64,000 bases of DNA. Origin: Candidatus Omnitrophota bacterium. GTDB taxonomy: Bacteria; Omnitrophota; Gorgyraeia; Zapsychrales; Zapsychraceae. The notes under the pieces are model-generated. The model was not told the origin of the DNA and ran no database searches. It saw nothing but the letters and a program-made list of their open reading frames with translations. The stretch is from positions 17,910-81,909 of the forward strand of contig JAHFGL010000007.1 in the NCBI GenBank assembly GCA_023247445.1, given 5' to 3'. This document shows, piece by piece, positions 27,724 to 38,048 of this stretch (its first letter is position 1; every line of letters begins with the position of its first letter). A program made the translations under genes and the position numbers.

Positions 27724-28295
27724 AACCTTCCCACCTGCTTTTTAGTTTTTTGTTTGTTTTCACTGTTATCTATGATGATATCCGCTAAACGGATCTTGTC
27801 TTTAAGAGGCATTTGATTTTTGATGCGCCTTCTGGCCTCTTCTGTTGTCATAGGTATATGTTTAACAGCACGTGCTATCTGCTGACTAAGTTTTGATTTC
27901 ACAACAACCGTAAAATCAACATCGCGATTGATTCCCGATTCAAATAAAAGCGGGACTTCAATAACTATAACTTTATATTCACCCCTCCTTTCTTCGAGTT
28001 TTACTTCTTGCTGGATTTTCTTACGCACAACTGGATGAATGATACGCTCCAGTTGCTTTAATTTCTTTCGATCGCTAAAGACAATCGCCGCTAACTTTTT
28101 GCGATCGATTTTGCCATCAGATAAAATCTTGGTGCCAAATTTCTTAACGACCGGTTTAAAACATGTTCCTTGCGGCTGGGCAACATCATAGGCAATGCGA
28201 TCGGCATCGATAACCTTCGCCCCGAGTTTTTTAAACATCGAAGCAACGGTTGACTTTCCTGTGCCCAATCCCCCTGTTATGCCGACGGTAAGCAT
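27690..28295 (-). CDS. coaE: Dephospho-CoA kinase
   Basis: [18 protein letters not shown]-loop. 201 aa. Confidence 0.85.
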   Translation of the reverse strand: MLTVGITGGLGTGKSTVASMFKKLGAKVIDADRIAYDVAQPQGTCFKPVVKKFGTKILSDGKIDRKKLAAIVFSDRKKLKQLERIIHPVVRKKIQQEVKLEERRGEYKVIVIEVPLLFESGINRDVDFTVVVKSKLSQQIARAVKHIPMTTEEARRRIKNQMPLKDKIRLADIIIDNSENKQKTKKQVGRLWQKLLIKRKI

Positions 28296-29689
28296 TGATA
28301 TAACTTTTGGTATTCCTTAGCTGAATGATCCCAACTAAAATCACTAGTAAATGCATTGGCGATCAGTTGATTAAATTGATTTTTGTTTTGATAAATCGCG
28401 AGCGCGCGTTTAACCACATCCACAAAACTTGCCTTTGTATAATCGGCGAATAAAAAACCATTTCCGGTTTGTGTTCTAGAATTAAATTCCTTAATGCTGT
28501 CAGTTAACCCACCTGTGTTATAAACGATCGGGATTGTTCCATAGCGCAAGCTGATCATCTGGCTTAACCCGCACGGCTCAAAGGTCGATGGCATTAAAAA
28601 CAAATCAGAGCCAGCATAAATTTGGTGCGCCATTTGTTCATCAAAGGTTAAACACAGCGCCACGTCTTTGGGATATCGCATATTTAATGTGTCCAACATC
28701 GTATGATATTTTGATTCGCCGATTCCTTGAATGACCAGCTGCAAATCTAAGTCGACCAAATCATCAATGGCTTCCAGAATTAAATCGATTCCTTTTTGAT
28801 GTGTGAGCCTCCCAACAAAACCAAAAAGCGGAACCTCTTCGCGAATGGGCAATTGGAGCTTTTCCTGTAATTTAGCTTTATTCTTTCGCTTATTTTCAAG
28901 AGAATCTCCGGCTGAATATTTATATTCTAGCCAAGGATCAACTTGCGGATTCCAAACGGTGTAATCCAGTCCATTTAAAATTCCCACAACTGAATTCTTA
29001 CGCGAACCAATAACACCCTCTAACCCGCAACCAAATTCCTTCGTTTGAATCTCCTTAGCGTACTGCGGACTGACGGTGTTAAGGCCATCGGCATAAACGA
29101 TTCCGGCCTTAAGCAAATTGATTTTTCCAAAGAACTCAAATCCTTTTAAACCAAAAAGTTCTTCTGGCAGTTTAAGTTTTCCAAATTCTTTCTTTGGAAA
29201 AACGCCTTGGTAGGCCAAATTATGAATCGTTAAAAGCGATTTCGTATTCTTAAAGACATCTTCTTTCTTATATCGCTCTTTGAGATAAACCGGGATGAGC
29301 GCGGTTTGCCAATCATGACAATGAACAACATCTGGGTTCCATTTTGATTCATTTAAAAATTCTAAAGTCTGCTCACAAAAAAACTGAAACCGTTCTAAAT
29401 TATCCGGATAATCTCCCTCTTTGTTTCCATAAATACCATCTCGGCCAAAATACTTATCATTAGCAATAAAATAAACCTGAATGTTGTTTCCTAATGTCGT
29501 CTTCGAAACATGCGCCGCAACCTTTTCGATTTTAAATTTTGTGACATCAATCGATTTGTAAAAAGGAAGAAAGATGCTAACTTCGATTCCCAATTTTTCT
29601 AAGGCCAGGGGTAACGCCCCACAGACATCTGCCAAACCACCCGTTTTCACAAACGGAAAAACTTCTGAAGAACAAAACGCAATTTTCAT
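28277..29689 (-). CDS. glgA: Glycogen synthase (ADP-glucose type, GT5)
   Basis: MKIAFCSSEVFPFVKTGGLADV N-terminal signature. 470 aa. Confidence 0.9.
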   Translation of the reverse strand: MKIAFCSSEVFPFVKTGGLADVCGALPLALEKLGIEVSIFLPFYKSIDVTKFKIEKVAAHVSKTTLGNNIQVYFIANDKYFGRDGIYGNKEGDYPDNLERFQFFCEQTLEFLNESKWNPDVVHCHDWQTALIPVYLKERYKKEDVFKNTKSLLTIHNLAYQGVFPKKEFGKLKLPEELFGLKGFEFFGKINLLKAGIVYADGLNTVSPQYAKEIQTKEFGCGLEGVIGSRKNSVVGILNGLDYTVWNPQVDPWLEYKYSAGDSLENKRKNKAKLQEKLQLPIREEVPLFGFVGRLTHQKGIDLILEAIDDLVDLDLQLVIQGIGESKYHTMLDTLNMRYPKDVALCLTFDEQMAHQIYAGSDLFLMPSTFEPCGLSQMISLRYGTIPIVYNTGGLTDSIKEFNSRTQTGNGFLFADYTKASFVDVVKRALAIYQNKNQFNQLIANAFTSDFSWDHSAKEYQKLYQCLPSA

Positions 29690-29703
29690 ATCTTCTCAGC
29701 TTC

Positions 29704-29770
29704 CAGCTATCAGCTTTCAGTTTTCAGCAGCTTTCAGCTACTGATAGCTGAAAGCTGAGAACTGATAGCC
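29704..29770. other. Long nested imperfect palindrome / stem-loop in polA-glgA spacer (core 13-bp perfect stem, 4-nt loop)
   Basis: CAGCTTTCAGCTA (29728-29740), loop ctga, TAGCTGAAAGCTG (29745-29757). The outer arms GCTATCAG (29706-29713) and CTGATAGC (29762-29769) also pair. Built from CAGCTTTCAG-type units. Confidence 0.5.
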
Positions 29771-29772
29771 CT

Positions 29773-32340
29773 TCATACAATTTCTTTAAGATTCAACCAA
29801 TTGGGACCTAACTTGATACTTGTTTTAATAGGCACTGATAATTTAATGGGATGCTCCATTTGTTGTCTCACTAAATCAATCATCACGTCCTTCTCTTTTA
29901 ACGGCACCTCAAAAACAAGTTCATCGTGAACCGTGATCAGCATCCGCGATTCCAGTTTATTTTTCTTAATTTCATTTTGAATGTTAATCATCGCAAGTTT
30001 AATTAAGTCGGCCGCCGAACCTTGAACCGGCGTATTCATCGCCTGCCGCTGGGCAAACTGCCGCATGCCGAGATTCTCACTATGAATTTCTGGAATATAT
30101 CGACGGCGATTTAAAATAGTTAAGACATACCCGTTTGCTTCACAATACTTAATCGCTTGATCCATAAATTCTTTGACCTTTGGATAACGCAGGAAATACC
30201 GATCAATAAAATCTTGGGCCTCGGGATTAGAAATTCCTAAATCTTTCGCTAAACCAAATGAGCTCATCCCATAAATAATGCCAAAATTAACGCGTTTGGC
30301 TAAATCACGCATATGCGCGGTTACTTCCTCTTCCTTAATATCAAAGACCAAGGAGGCTGTGTAGCGATGGATATCTTGTTCTTCATTAAAAGCCTTCGCC
30401 AAATTTTCATCCTTTGATAAATCTGCCAAAATCCTTAATTCAATCTGCGAATAATCGGCCGATAAAATACTCCACTTCTTCTGTGATGGAATAAAAGCCC
30501 GCCGAACTTGCTTGCCAAGATCTGTACGGATGGGAATATTTTGTAAATTTGGATTACGCGAACTTAACCGGCCTGTCTCTGCTCCTGTTTGAATAAATTG
30601 CGTATGGATCCGGCCTGTTTGCGGATTAATCAATCTTGGTAAAGCATCAATATATGTCGATTTTAATTTCGCCAATTGACGATATTCTAAAATAAGCGAC
30701 GGAAAATCATGATTCTTTGCGAGTGTCGAAAGAACCTCTTCATCCGTTGAAAAACCCGTCTTTGTCTTTTTGACAACCGGCAGCTTTAACACATCAAATA
30801 AAATGTGACTCAATTGTTTAGGAGAATTAAGATTAAATTCTTCTCCCGCTAATTTGTGTAATTGCAGCGTTAGATGATTAATCTTTCCTTCACATTCCTT
30901 GGAAAGGGTGGCCAAAAAATCTAAATCTAAGTTAACACCTTGGTGCTCCATTTGGCTAAGAACATAAGTCAACGGCATTTCAATATTGTCAAAAAGCGGT
31001 CGGAGCGCCTTCTCTTCTAATTCTTTGACGAGTAACGGATAAAGACGATTAACCATAAGCGTCTTACGCGCATTAAGATGACTTCCCGTTAACGAAGTTT
31101 TCAAATAAGCCCACGATAAATCACTAATAGCAAAAGATGCCTGTGAGGAACTGAGCAAATATCCCGCCAGCATTACATCAAAAATAGATCCTTCAATCAA
31201 ACAGTCATGTTGAGCAAGCACTTTCAATGATTCTTTAGCATCGTGTGTAATCTTTAAAATCTTTTTGTTTTCGAAAACCTCTTTTAGAAAGGCCATTTGA
31301 CTAAGCTCAAGGCGAAAAACCTGAGTCCCTTCGTTTACGACAACATGCATTCCTTCGCAAGTGACCAGATCTTCTTTCTCTTCATAATCAAAAAGAAAAC
31401 AAAATTGGCCAGTCTTCTTGATATGTTTTATTAAATCTTGGATCTGATCTTCGCTAGATAAATTGACAATCTCTACTTCTTCCGAATTTCGGGTAGTGAA
31501 CTCTTCAGCGAATTTTCTAAATTCCAACTCTTTAAAAAGTTCAAATAACTTTTCACGGCCGGGCGCCTTAACTTCCAATTGATTTAAATCAAAGGTTAAT
31601 GGGACATTGGATTCTAAAATAGCCAAGTCTCGACTTAAAATAGCAATTTCTTTTTGTGTTTGAATTCTTTCTCTCAACTTTTCCGACTTAACCTTTTCAA
31701 CATTCTTAAGAAGACTTTCTAAACTCCCGAAATCATTAATTAAATTCCGTGCCGTCACTTCCCCAATACCATCAATGCCCGGAATGTTATCAACGCTGTC
31801 GCCTGCGAGTGCGATAAAATCTGTAATTTTGTAGGGATCAAATCCCAATTTTTCTTTTATTTCCGCCATACCAAATATTTCATCTTTGCGCGTACTAAAA
31901 AATTTCAAATTTTTGTCCGCCAATTGATACATATCTTTATCTTCGCTGACAATGACAACCTCAAGGCCTTCTTTTAATGCCTTTTTCGCGAGTGTCGCGA
32001 TGATATCATCGGCCTCATAGCCATCGATCTCAAAAATCTCTAAATTATAAGCTTTAACAACATCGTGGATGATCGGGATCTGGCTAATTAAATCCTGTGG
32101 CATAATCGGCCGCTGGATTTTATATTCCGCAAATTTTTTTTGCCGGTGAGTTTTAGCCGCTGAATCGAAGCAGACCGCCAAATATTCTGGCTGGTGGTCA
32201 CGCAAAATCTTTTTTAGGGTATTAACGAACCCATAAACGGCGTTAGTGGCTTGGCCTTTACTGCTCGACAATCCTTTAATGGCATAAAAAGAACTGTAGC
32301 ATAACGCATGGGCATCAATTAGAAACAACTTTGCTGGCAT
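29773..32340 (-). CDS. polA: DNA polymerase I
   Basis: 855 aa. N-terminal 5'-3' exonuclease (FEN) domain, then polymerase motifs A (DYSQIELRILA), B (RRxAKxxNFGxxYG-like RDLAKRVNFGIIYG) and C (VHDELVFE). Confidence 0.95.
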   Translation of the reverse strand: MPAKLFLIDAHALCYSSFYAIKGLSSSKGQATNAVYGFVNTLKKILRDHQPEYLAVCFDSAAKTHRQKKFAEYKIQRPIMPQDLISQIPIIHDVVKAYNLEIFEIDGYEADDIIATLAKKALKEGLEVVIVSEDKDMYQLADKNLKFFSTRKDEIFGMAEIKEKLGFDPYKITDFIALAGDSVDNIPGIDGIGEVTARNLINDFGSLESLLKNVEKVKSEKLRERIQTQKEIAILSRDLAILESNVPLTFDLNQLEVKAPGREKLFELFKELEFRKFAEEFTTRNSEEVEIVNLSSEDQIQDLIKHIKKTGQFCFLFDYEEKEDLVTCEGMHVVVNEGTQVFRLELSQMAFLKEVFENKKILKITHDAKESLKVLAQHDCLIEGSIFDVMLAGYLLSSSQASFAISDLSWAYLKTSLTGSHLNARKTLMVNRLYPLLVKELEEKALRPLFDNIEMPLTYVLSQMEHQGVNLDLDFLATLSKECEGKINHLTLQLHKLAGEEFNLNSPKQLSHILFDVLKLPVVKKTKTGFSTDEEVLSTLAKNHDFPSLILEYRQLAKLKSTYIDALPRLINPQTGRIHTQFIQTGAETGRLSSRNPNLQNIPIRTDLGKQVRRAFIPSQKKWSILSADYSQIELRILADLSKDENLAKAFNEEQDIHRYTASLVFDIKEEEVTAHMRDLAKRVNFGIIYGMSSFGLAKDLGISNPEAQDFIDRYFLRYPKVKEFMDQAIKYCEANGYVLTILNRRRYIPEIHSENLGMRQFAQRQAMNTPVQGSAADLIKLAMINIQNEIKKNKLESRMLITVHDELVFEVPLKEKDVMIDLVRQQMEHPIKLSVPIKTSIKLGPNWLNLKEIV

Positions 32341-32357
32341 TGGTCACTTTAAAAATA

Positions 32358-33203
32358 TTATCTGGAAATGATCATGGGCTCTTTTGGAACGGCGGTGAGC
32401 ATCTTTTGAATCTCATATTTTGCAGAAATTGAATCGCCTGAATTTAACATTTTGATCGCCAAATCGGAATGCTCTTTAATCTTGATTTTGGATAACTCCA
32501 AAATCGTCTTTTTTCGTGCTTCAATAATTTTTGAATCCTGTGGTGATAATGCTAGGGCTTGATTAAATTCTTTCAGGGCTTGGTGATAATTTTCTTTTTG
32601 AAAGAAATCCTCTCCTTTTTGATAATGTTCGCTAGAACGCTTGACCCTTTCGTAAAATTCGCGGTGCGCTTTCTCCACTAATTGCTGCTGAAATTGCTGC
32701 GCCTCCCGATTAACAATCCAATCGATATATTCAGGACGAATTTTAAGAAGTTCTTCTTTGGCTTGTTCTGTCCAAGGATCACCAAGATCACCTAATTCAT
32801 ACCGTCTTTTGAAATATTCAAAGGCTTGTTGAGGATTCCCTAATTTTTGATAAAGATAAGCTAAATTTATATACGAAGGTAAATATTGTTTATCCGTCTG
32901 GATGGCTTTGCGATAACATTGTTCCGCTTTTGAATTAAAATCGATTTGCTCATATAGAATCCCCATGTCATTAAAAACAGCAGGGTTTTCTAAACCTAAG
33001 GCCGCAGCTTTTGTGTAATGATCCAACGCACTGTTTAAATTACCTTTTTGCTGTTCAAGAAGCCCTTTAGCTCGGTATTCTTCCGCCGTTTTTTCTTTAA
33101 GACCGGCGAAGGCATTGCTATGAAAGGTAATTAAGGAAAAGGATAAAAGAAGAGTTATGACGTTGTGGCTTGTTATTCGTAATCTTTTCTTAGTCGTAAG
33201 CAT
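32358..33203 (-). CDS. Secreted TPR-repeat protein
   Basis: Start taken at the internal Met MLTTKKRLRITSHNVITLLLSFSLITFHSNAFA (signal peptide). Several TPR units follow (AxxxYxxAL patterns). Confidence 0.6.
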   Translation of the reverse strand: MLTTKKRLRITSHNVITLLLSFSLITFHSNAFAGLKEKTAEEYRAKGLLEQQKGNLNSALDHYTKAAALGLENPAVFNDMGILYEQIDFNSKAEQCYRKAIQTDKQYLPSYINLAYLYQKLGNPQQAFEYFKRRYELGDLGDPWTEQAKEELLKIRPEYIDWIVNREAQQFQQQLVEKAHREFYERVKRSSEHYQKGEDFFQKENYHQALKEFNQALALSPQDSKIIEARKKTILELSKIKIKEHSDLAIKMLNSGDSISAKYEIQKMLTAVPKEPMIISR

Positions 33204-33240
33204 AATATATATTTCTAGATTTGGCAAGGGCAAATCTAAT

Positions 33241-34509
33241 TTAAACTGTGTTAACCGCGGGATCCGTTGGTGCACTTCTTTTTTGAACTTCATCCACAAT
33301 TCGTGCATAATCATTCTGGGCATCTAAAACAAAATCCTCAAGTCCTCCCACACCTACCTTATCTTTAATTAAATTGAAAAACTTATCACTTTCCTTGTTA
33401 GCATTGACTAAAATCGCTCCAACAATTGAACCGTTATCAATAAATATTTTCTTATAATTCTTTGAGACAGGATCAATTACTTGATGTTGAACAATTGTGC
33501 TGGATTGCTCGATCTTACCGATAAAAACACAGGAAAAACCTTCAGCCTCGAAAGAATTTATCGTTAGTAAAGAAGTAAACGCCAGCTCTTGATTAGCAAT
33601 TTTAGCGGCAACAACTTTTCCTTGCTCTTCAAGGACAGAAGAAGACACGCCAATATCAAAAGTCATTTGTGCATCAGCCCCTTCACAAACTTGATCCAGC
33701 GCAAAGACATTATCAACATTCGTTTTAAATTGATGATCCACACAAATCTTATTTTTGACTTCAATTCCGGCCTCAGCAAATATCCGAAGATCTTCAGCGG
33801 TATTCTCAAAACAAATTAGCTGAGCGCCAATAACCTTACCGGACTTAAGTCGCACGGCCTTTGCATCACTATCTCCCAAAACTTCAGCGATCGAATTATT
33901 AACAATAATACGCAAACCTTTTTCTTCCAAAAAACTCATGAGCCATTTCGACGGCTCGTCTTCTAAGATCATCGCCAAAAGTCGATCTGTTGAAACAATC
34001 AAGATAACTTCCTTCCCTCTTTTGATAAGGGCATAAGCGATTTGCAGACTAAAAAGACTGTCTCCATTAATAATCACCGTATCGAAAATGGGGATTGATT
34101 TTACAATTTGATCAATATCTTTTAATCTCTTGAGCCCCAAAAGACCTATCTTATTTGTTCCTTTTATATCGGGGAATTTATGGGTAGGGCTGTCAGCAAT
34201 AAGAAGCAGATCGTAATCAAACTGATCCTTCTCTTCCGTAAAAATCTTATTTCGTTTCGTATTAATTCTGGTTATCGTTTTATCAAAAATAACGTTGATA
34301 CGATTCTTCTCATAAAAACTTTTCTGTCGGTAAAGACAATCGCTTGTGGCAATTTCTTTCGCGATGAGTTTTGAAAAAAGCGTCCGATCATAGGCATAAA
34401 ATCCATCGAAGGCAAATAATGTTATCTCACTGGCCTGATCATTTTGACGAATGTCTTCGATTGCCTTGATCGCTGCGACTGAAGTTCCTAACACAACAAT
34501 TTTGCTCAT
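33241..34509 (-). CDS. Pyridine-nucleotide-disulfide-oxidoreductase-like protein with degenerate dinucleotide-binding motifs
   Basis: Overall NADH-oxidase/nitrite-reductase-like fold organisation. The first Rossmann motif reads VVLGTSVAA where GxGxxG is expected. The second reads IINGDSLFSLQ. The ATGA overlap with folD suggests coupling. Confidence 0.55.
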   Translation of the reverse strand: MSKIVVLGTSVAAIKAIEDIRQNDQASEITLFAFDGFYAYDRTLFSKLIAKEIATSDCLYRQKSFYEKNRINVIFDKTITRINTKRNKIFTEEKDQFDYDLLLIADSPTHKFPDIKGTNKIGLLGLKRLKDIDQIVKSIPIFDTVIINGDSLFSLQIAYALIKRGKEVILIVSTDRLLAMILEDEPSKWLMSFLEEKGLRIIVNNSIAEVLGDSDAKAVRLKSGKVIGAQLICFENTAEDLRIFAEAGIEVKNKICVDHQFKTNVDNVFALDQVCEGADAQMTFDIGVSSSVLEEQGKVVAAKIANQELAFTSLLTINSFEAEGFSCVFIGKIEQSSTIVQHQVIDPVSKNYKKIFIDNGSIVGAILVNANKESDKFFNLIKDKVGVGGLEDFVLDAQNDYARIVDEVQKRSAPTDPAVNTV

Positions 34510-35384
34510 ATCGTTACTCCCACTCCTTGTTGTCTCTGAAATTTAAAAGCCTCAATGCAATTACGCATCAGCATGACCACCGTCAAGGGGCCAACGCCAC
34601 CCGGCACTGGGGTAATAAAAGAAGCCCTGTTTTTTGCCACATCAAACTCCACATCACCAACGATTTGTGAAATAACTTTATTAATCCCCACATCAATAAC
34701 GATGGCCCCTTCTTTGATCCATTCGCCTTTAACAAAAGCTGGCTTGCCAACGGCCGCAACAACAACATCGGCCCGACCAATGTGCTCAATAAGTTTTTTA
34801 GGATCTGTCGCACTGTGACAAACCGTAACGGTTAAGTTTTTTTCTAATAAAAGATGGATAACGGGTTTACCGACAATATCGCTGCGGCCAATGACAACGG
34901 CCTCTTTCCCACGCAAGTCTACCCCTGTTGATTGGATATGCTCCATGACCGATGCCGCCGTGCAAGGAACAAGTCTATTGCCGCCCAAAATCATCTTGCC
35001 AATGTTGGCAAGATTCATTCCTTCCACATCCTTGGATGGATCAATTGAACTAATAATCTTTGCATAATCAATTTGAGAAGGAACTGGTTTCTGAACAATA
35101 ATGCCATGAACGCGGGCTTCTGAATTTAGACCTAAAATACACTGGATAAGATCATTGTGGGCAATGGTGGATGGGAAATTAACCAAATCATAGTGAATGC
35201 CAATATATTCCGCGACCTTTTTTTGCGACGCGACATAACTCAAAGATCCTTGATCATTCCCAATTAAAATACTAATGAGGGTTGGAAAACTTCCTTTTGT
35301 ATCTTTAATTTTCTGAACTTCATTCTTTAAATTTTCTCGAATAGTTTGTGCCAATACTTTGCCATCTAAGAATTTTGCTATCAT
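34506..35384 (-). CDS. folD: Bifunctional methylenetetrahydrofolate dehydrogenase/methenyl-THF cyclohydrolase
   Basis: 292 aa. VQKPVP-like region and the YxxxK/DxxGK signatures (GRSDIVGKPV). Confidence 0.93.
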   Translation of the reverse strand: MIAKFLDGKVLAQTIRENLKNEVQKIKDTKGSFPTLISILIGNDQGSLSYVASQKKVAEYIGIHYDLVNFPSTIAHNDLIQCILGLNSEARVHGIIVQKPVPSQIDYAKIISSIDPSKDVEGMNLANIGKMILGGNRLVPCTAASVMEHIQSTGVDLRGKEAVVIGRSDIVGKPVIHLLLEKNLTVTVCHSATDPKKLIEHIGRADVVVAAVGKPAFVKGEWIKEGAIVIDVGINKVISQIVGDVEFDVAKNRASFITPVPGGVGPLTVVMLMRNCIEAFKFQRQQGVGVTI

Positions 35385-35386
35385 GA

Positions 35387-35869
35387 TTAATTTTCTTTCG
35401 TCAATACTAGCGCTGCCTTAAAAGCAGCGAAAAGCATCTCAACAGCAACCACAACATCGCTTAATAAATATTTATTGCCTTTTTCGACAAGAAACGGGGT
35501 CAATTCAATGGCTTTGTAAGATAATCGGCAGACTTCTAAGGGAACTTTTTGAGCTTCGCGTTGGGCCAACTGCTTGACCTTCGCTGGAGCTTTTCGCGTG
35601 GCCGCTACTTTCAAATAAGCTTGGGCATCTAAATCAACCAACTCTAAAAGTCGATTTTTGATAACTTGACTTTCCTTAATAATTTTCTGAATTTTATCTT
35701 CTGTGGCCTTGTGCTGACTCTTTCCCAAAGAATAATTAGCAACCATGCTAATAAGCGAAACACCTAACGCCCCTGTTAAAGCTGCAGCTGAACCACCGCC
35801 GGGTACCGGTGTTCGAAGAGAGAGACAATCTAAATATTCTTTGAGTGTATGATTTTTATATTTCTTCAT
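35387..35869 (-). CDS. Cyclodeaminase/cyclohydrolase family protein (FtcD C-domain / FchA-like)
   Basis: 160 aa. PVPGGGSAAALTGALGVSL is the hallmark of the formiminotransferase-cyclodeaminase / methenyl-THF cyclohydrolase family. Adjacent to folD. Confidence 0.78.
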   Translation of the reverse strand: MKKYKNHTLKEYLDCLSLRTPVPGGGSAAALTGALGVSLISMVANYSLGKSQHKATEDKIQKIIKESQVIKNRLLELVDLDAQAYLKVAATRKAPAKVKQLAQREAQKVPLEVCRLSYKAIELTPFLVEKGNKYLLSDVVVAVEMLFAAFKAALVLTKEN

Positions 35870-35980
35870 GAACCAGATATCACGAGGATCAAGGAAAGCA
35901 GTTCTGACGATTTGAGTTCATGATAGCTTAAAGATTTTTCTTTTTCAATAAACTTCATCTTTTTTTTCACCGTAAAAAAC

Positions 35981-36352
35981 CTACATCCCTTCTAATCCAA
36001 AAGCATTCTTAATAATTTTAATTTGCTCATCTTCTTTGGCGTCAAGATTAATGGCAACCACATCAAAACGCGCCTTAGGATCATTTAAGTGTTTGAGCTT
36101 AAAATAATAATATGCTGTTTTAATCAATTTTCTTTGCTTAAAAAAAGAAACCGATTCTAAAAGAGAAAGAATATCCTCATCTTGCCTGGTTTTTACCTCA
36201 ACAAAACAGATCGTGTCCTTGTCCTTGGCGATGATATCAATCTCTCCAAATTTACTTCGGAAATTACGCTCAAGAATAAGATAACCCTGCTTTTCTAGAA
36301 AACTGACGGCCAGATCTTCGCCTCTGTGGCCTATGGCGCTACTTATTATCAT
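35981..36352 (-). CDS. yraN: YraN family (UPF0102) predicted endonuclease
   Basis: GHRGEDLAVSFLEKQGYLILERNFR..GEIDIIAKD...FVEVKTR signature. 123 aa. Confidence 0.8.
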   Translation of the reverse strand: MIISSAIGHRGEDLAVSFLEKQGYLILERNFRSKFGEIDIIAKDKDTICFVEVKTRQDEDILSLLESVSFFKQRKLIKTAYYYFKLKHLNDPKARFDVVAINLDAKEDEQIKIIKNAFGLEGM

Positions 36353-36960
36353 GCATGTTGGAATGTTCGACGGTGGATCATCGAAAGGCCGTGCTCTTTA
36401 ATCGCGCGTTTATGCGCTACGGTGGGGTAACCTTTATTTTGTTTAAATCCATACTGTGGAAAAACTTTATCATATGTGTCTAAAATGCGGTCCCGCGTAA
36501 CTTTGGCAATAATAGAAGCACAAGAAATTGACAGGACCTTCGCATCGCCATCAATGATGGTTTCATACGAATACGGCAACTCAGATCGAAAAAGATGTCC
36601 ATCAATAAAAAGAAATACATTTTCGTTAGCTTTATTATTTGAGGGTACTTTTCGCAGAAGATCGACAATCGCATTATCCATCGCTAAAAAAGTGGCGTTT
36701 AGAATATTAACGGTATCGATAATGACTTCATTAATAATCCCGACACCAACGTACGCATTTTCATAAATCTCATGAAAGGCGCGTTCACGCTGCAGGGCTG
36801 TCATCTTTTTGGAATCGTTAATCGGGCAGGAAAACTGACTTCGCTTAAGGGAAACGGCTGCTGCCACAACTGGGCCAGCCAATGGGCCTCGTCCGGCTTC
36901 ATCAACGCCGACAATTACTTTAAAGCCACTCGCCTGAGCTCTATCTTCATGATTTAACAT
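36349..36960 (-). CDS. rnhB: Ribonuclease HII
   Basis: GVDEAGRGPLAGPVV N-terminal motif. 203 aa. Confidence 0.95.
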   Translation of the reverse strand: MLNHEDRAQASGFKVIVGVDEAGRGPLAGPVVAAAVSLKRSQFSCPINDSKKMTALQRERAFHEIYENAYVGVGIINEVIIDTVNILNATFLAMDNAIVDLLRKVPSNNKANENVFLFIDGHLFRSELPYSYETIIDGDAKVLSISCASIIAKVTRDRILDTYDKVFPQYGFKQNKGYPTVAHKRAIKEHGLSMIHRRTFQHA

Positions 36961-36969
36961 CAGTAATAA

Positions 36970-37332
36970 TTATTTCGCCTGTTCGGTTTGAACGCGTGCT
37001 TGTTTACCTTCTCGATCTCTTAAATAATAAAGTCGGGCTCTCTTGACAACACCTTTACTGACAACCGAAATACTTTCAATCATCGGTGAATGAAAAGGAA
37101 AAATACGTTCAACACCTTCACCAAAGGAAATCTTACGAACAGTAAATGTGCCTTTTAGACCCTTACCGGTTTTTCTGATGATTGTCCCTTCAAAAGGATG
37201 TAATCGGATTTTGTCTGCCTCTTGAACCTTGATCTTCATTTTGACAACGTCCCCGACATTAAATGTCGTAATATCTTTACGAAGATATTTTTGATCAAGG
37301 CCGCTCATTAATTCGCCAATATTAGTAACCAT
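36970..37332 (-). CDS. rplS: 50S ribosomal protein L19
   Basis: 120 aa. FNVGDVVKM...RKISFGEGVERIFPFHSP L19 signature. Confidence 0.95.
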   Translation of the reverse strand: MVTNIGELMSGLDQKYLRKDITTFNVGDVVKMKIKVQEADKIRLHPFEGTIIRKTGKGLKGTFTVRKISFGEGVERIFPFHSPMIESISVVSKGVVKRARLYYLRDREGKQARVQTEQAK

Positions 37333-37363
37333 GTTCTATTCCTCCCTTATATACTTTCAAGAT

Positions 37364-38035
37364 TTATTTTAAAAGATCAGGCCGATTTTTCTTGGTCCTG
37401 ATCAACGCTTGTTCTTGACGCCATTTTTCTATCAATTTATGGTGGCCAGATAATAACACATCAGGAACTTTTTGACCACGAAAATTTGCAGGCCGTGTGT
37501 ACTGAGGGTACTCCAGAAGATTGTTCTCAAACGATTCATCTTTTAGCGATTCTTCTCGTCCTAAAACTCCTGGAATTAATCGCGCCACCGAATCAACCAA
37601 CACCAAGGCGGGCAACTCTCCTCCGGTTAAAACGTAATCACCAATCGAAATGGATTCATCGACAATCCCGTGACTGACGCGTTCATCAATGCCCTCGTAA
37701 TGTCCACATATAATAATCAAATTTTTTGCTTTGGCCAATGTTTTTACAATTCTTTGGGTTAAGGGCTTACCTGCGGCTGAAGTTAAAATAACGGTCGCTT
37801 TTCGTCGGCCTTTAATCTTTTTAACCGCATCAATAATCGGTTGCGGTGTCATCACCATGCCCGGTCCGCCACCAAAAGGATAATCATCAACCTTTTTATG
37901 TTTATCATCGGAATAATCGCGCAGATCATGCACATGCACAGTAATCTTTCCCTTGGTTTGCGCACGCTTTAGAATCGATTCATTCAAAATGGGTTTGAGC
38001 GTCTCTGGAAAAATAGTAATGATATCGAATCGCAC
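37364..38035 (-). CDS. trmD: tRNA (guanine37-N1)-methyltransferase
   Basis: [16 protein letters not shown] knot signature. 223 aa. The trmD-rplS-rnhB-yraN order is conserved. Confidence 0.95.
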   Translation of the reverse strand: MRFDIITIFPETLKPILNESILKRAQTKGKITVHVHDLRDYSDDKHKKVDDYPFGGGPGMVMTPQPIIDAVKKIKGRRKATVILTSAAGKPLTQRIVKTLAKAKNLIIICGHYEGIDERVSHGIVDESISIGDYVLTGGELPALVLVDSVARLIPGVLGREESLKDESFENNLLEYPQYTRPANFRGQKVPDVLLSGHHKLIEKWRQEQALIRTKKNRPDLLK

Positions 38036-38048
38036 GTCTAAAAACTCC

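Noticed and set aside
35870-35980. A/T-run palindrome TTTTTTTTCACCGTAAAAAACC between the FchA-like gene and yraN as a terminator
   Set aside because: The stem would consist only of A:U pairs with negligible stability, so it is not reported as a terminator.
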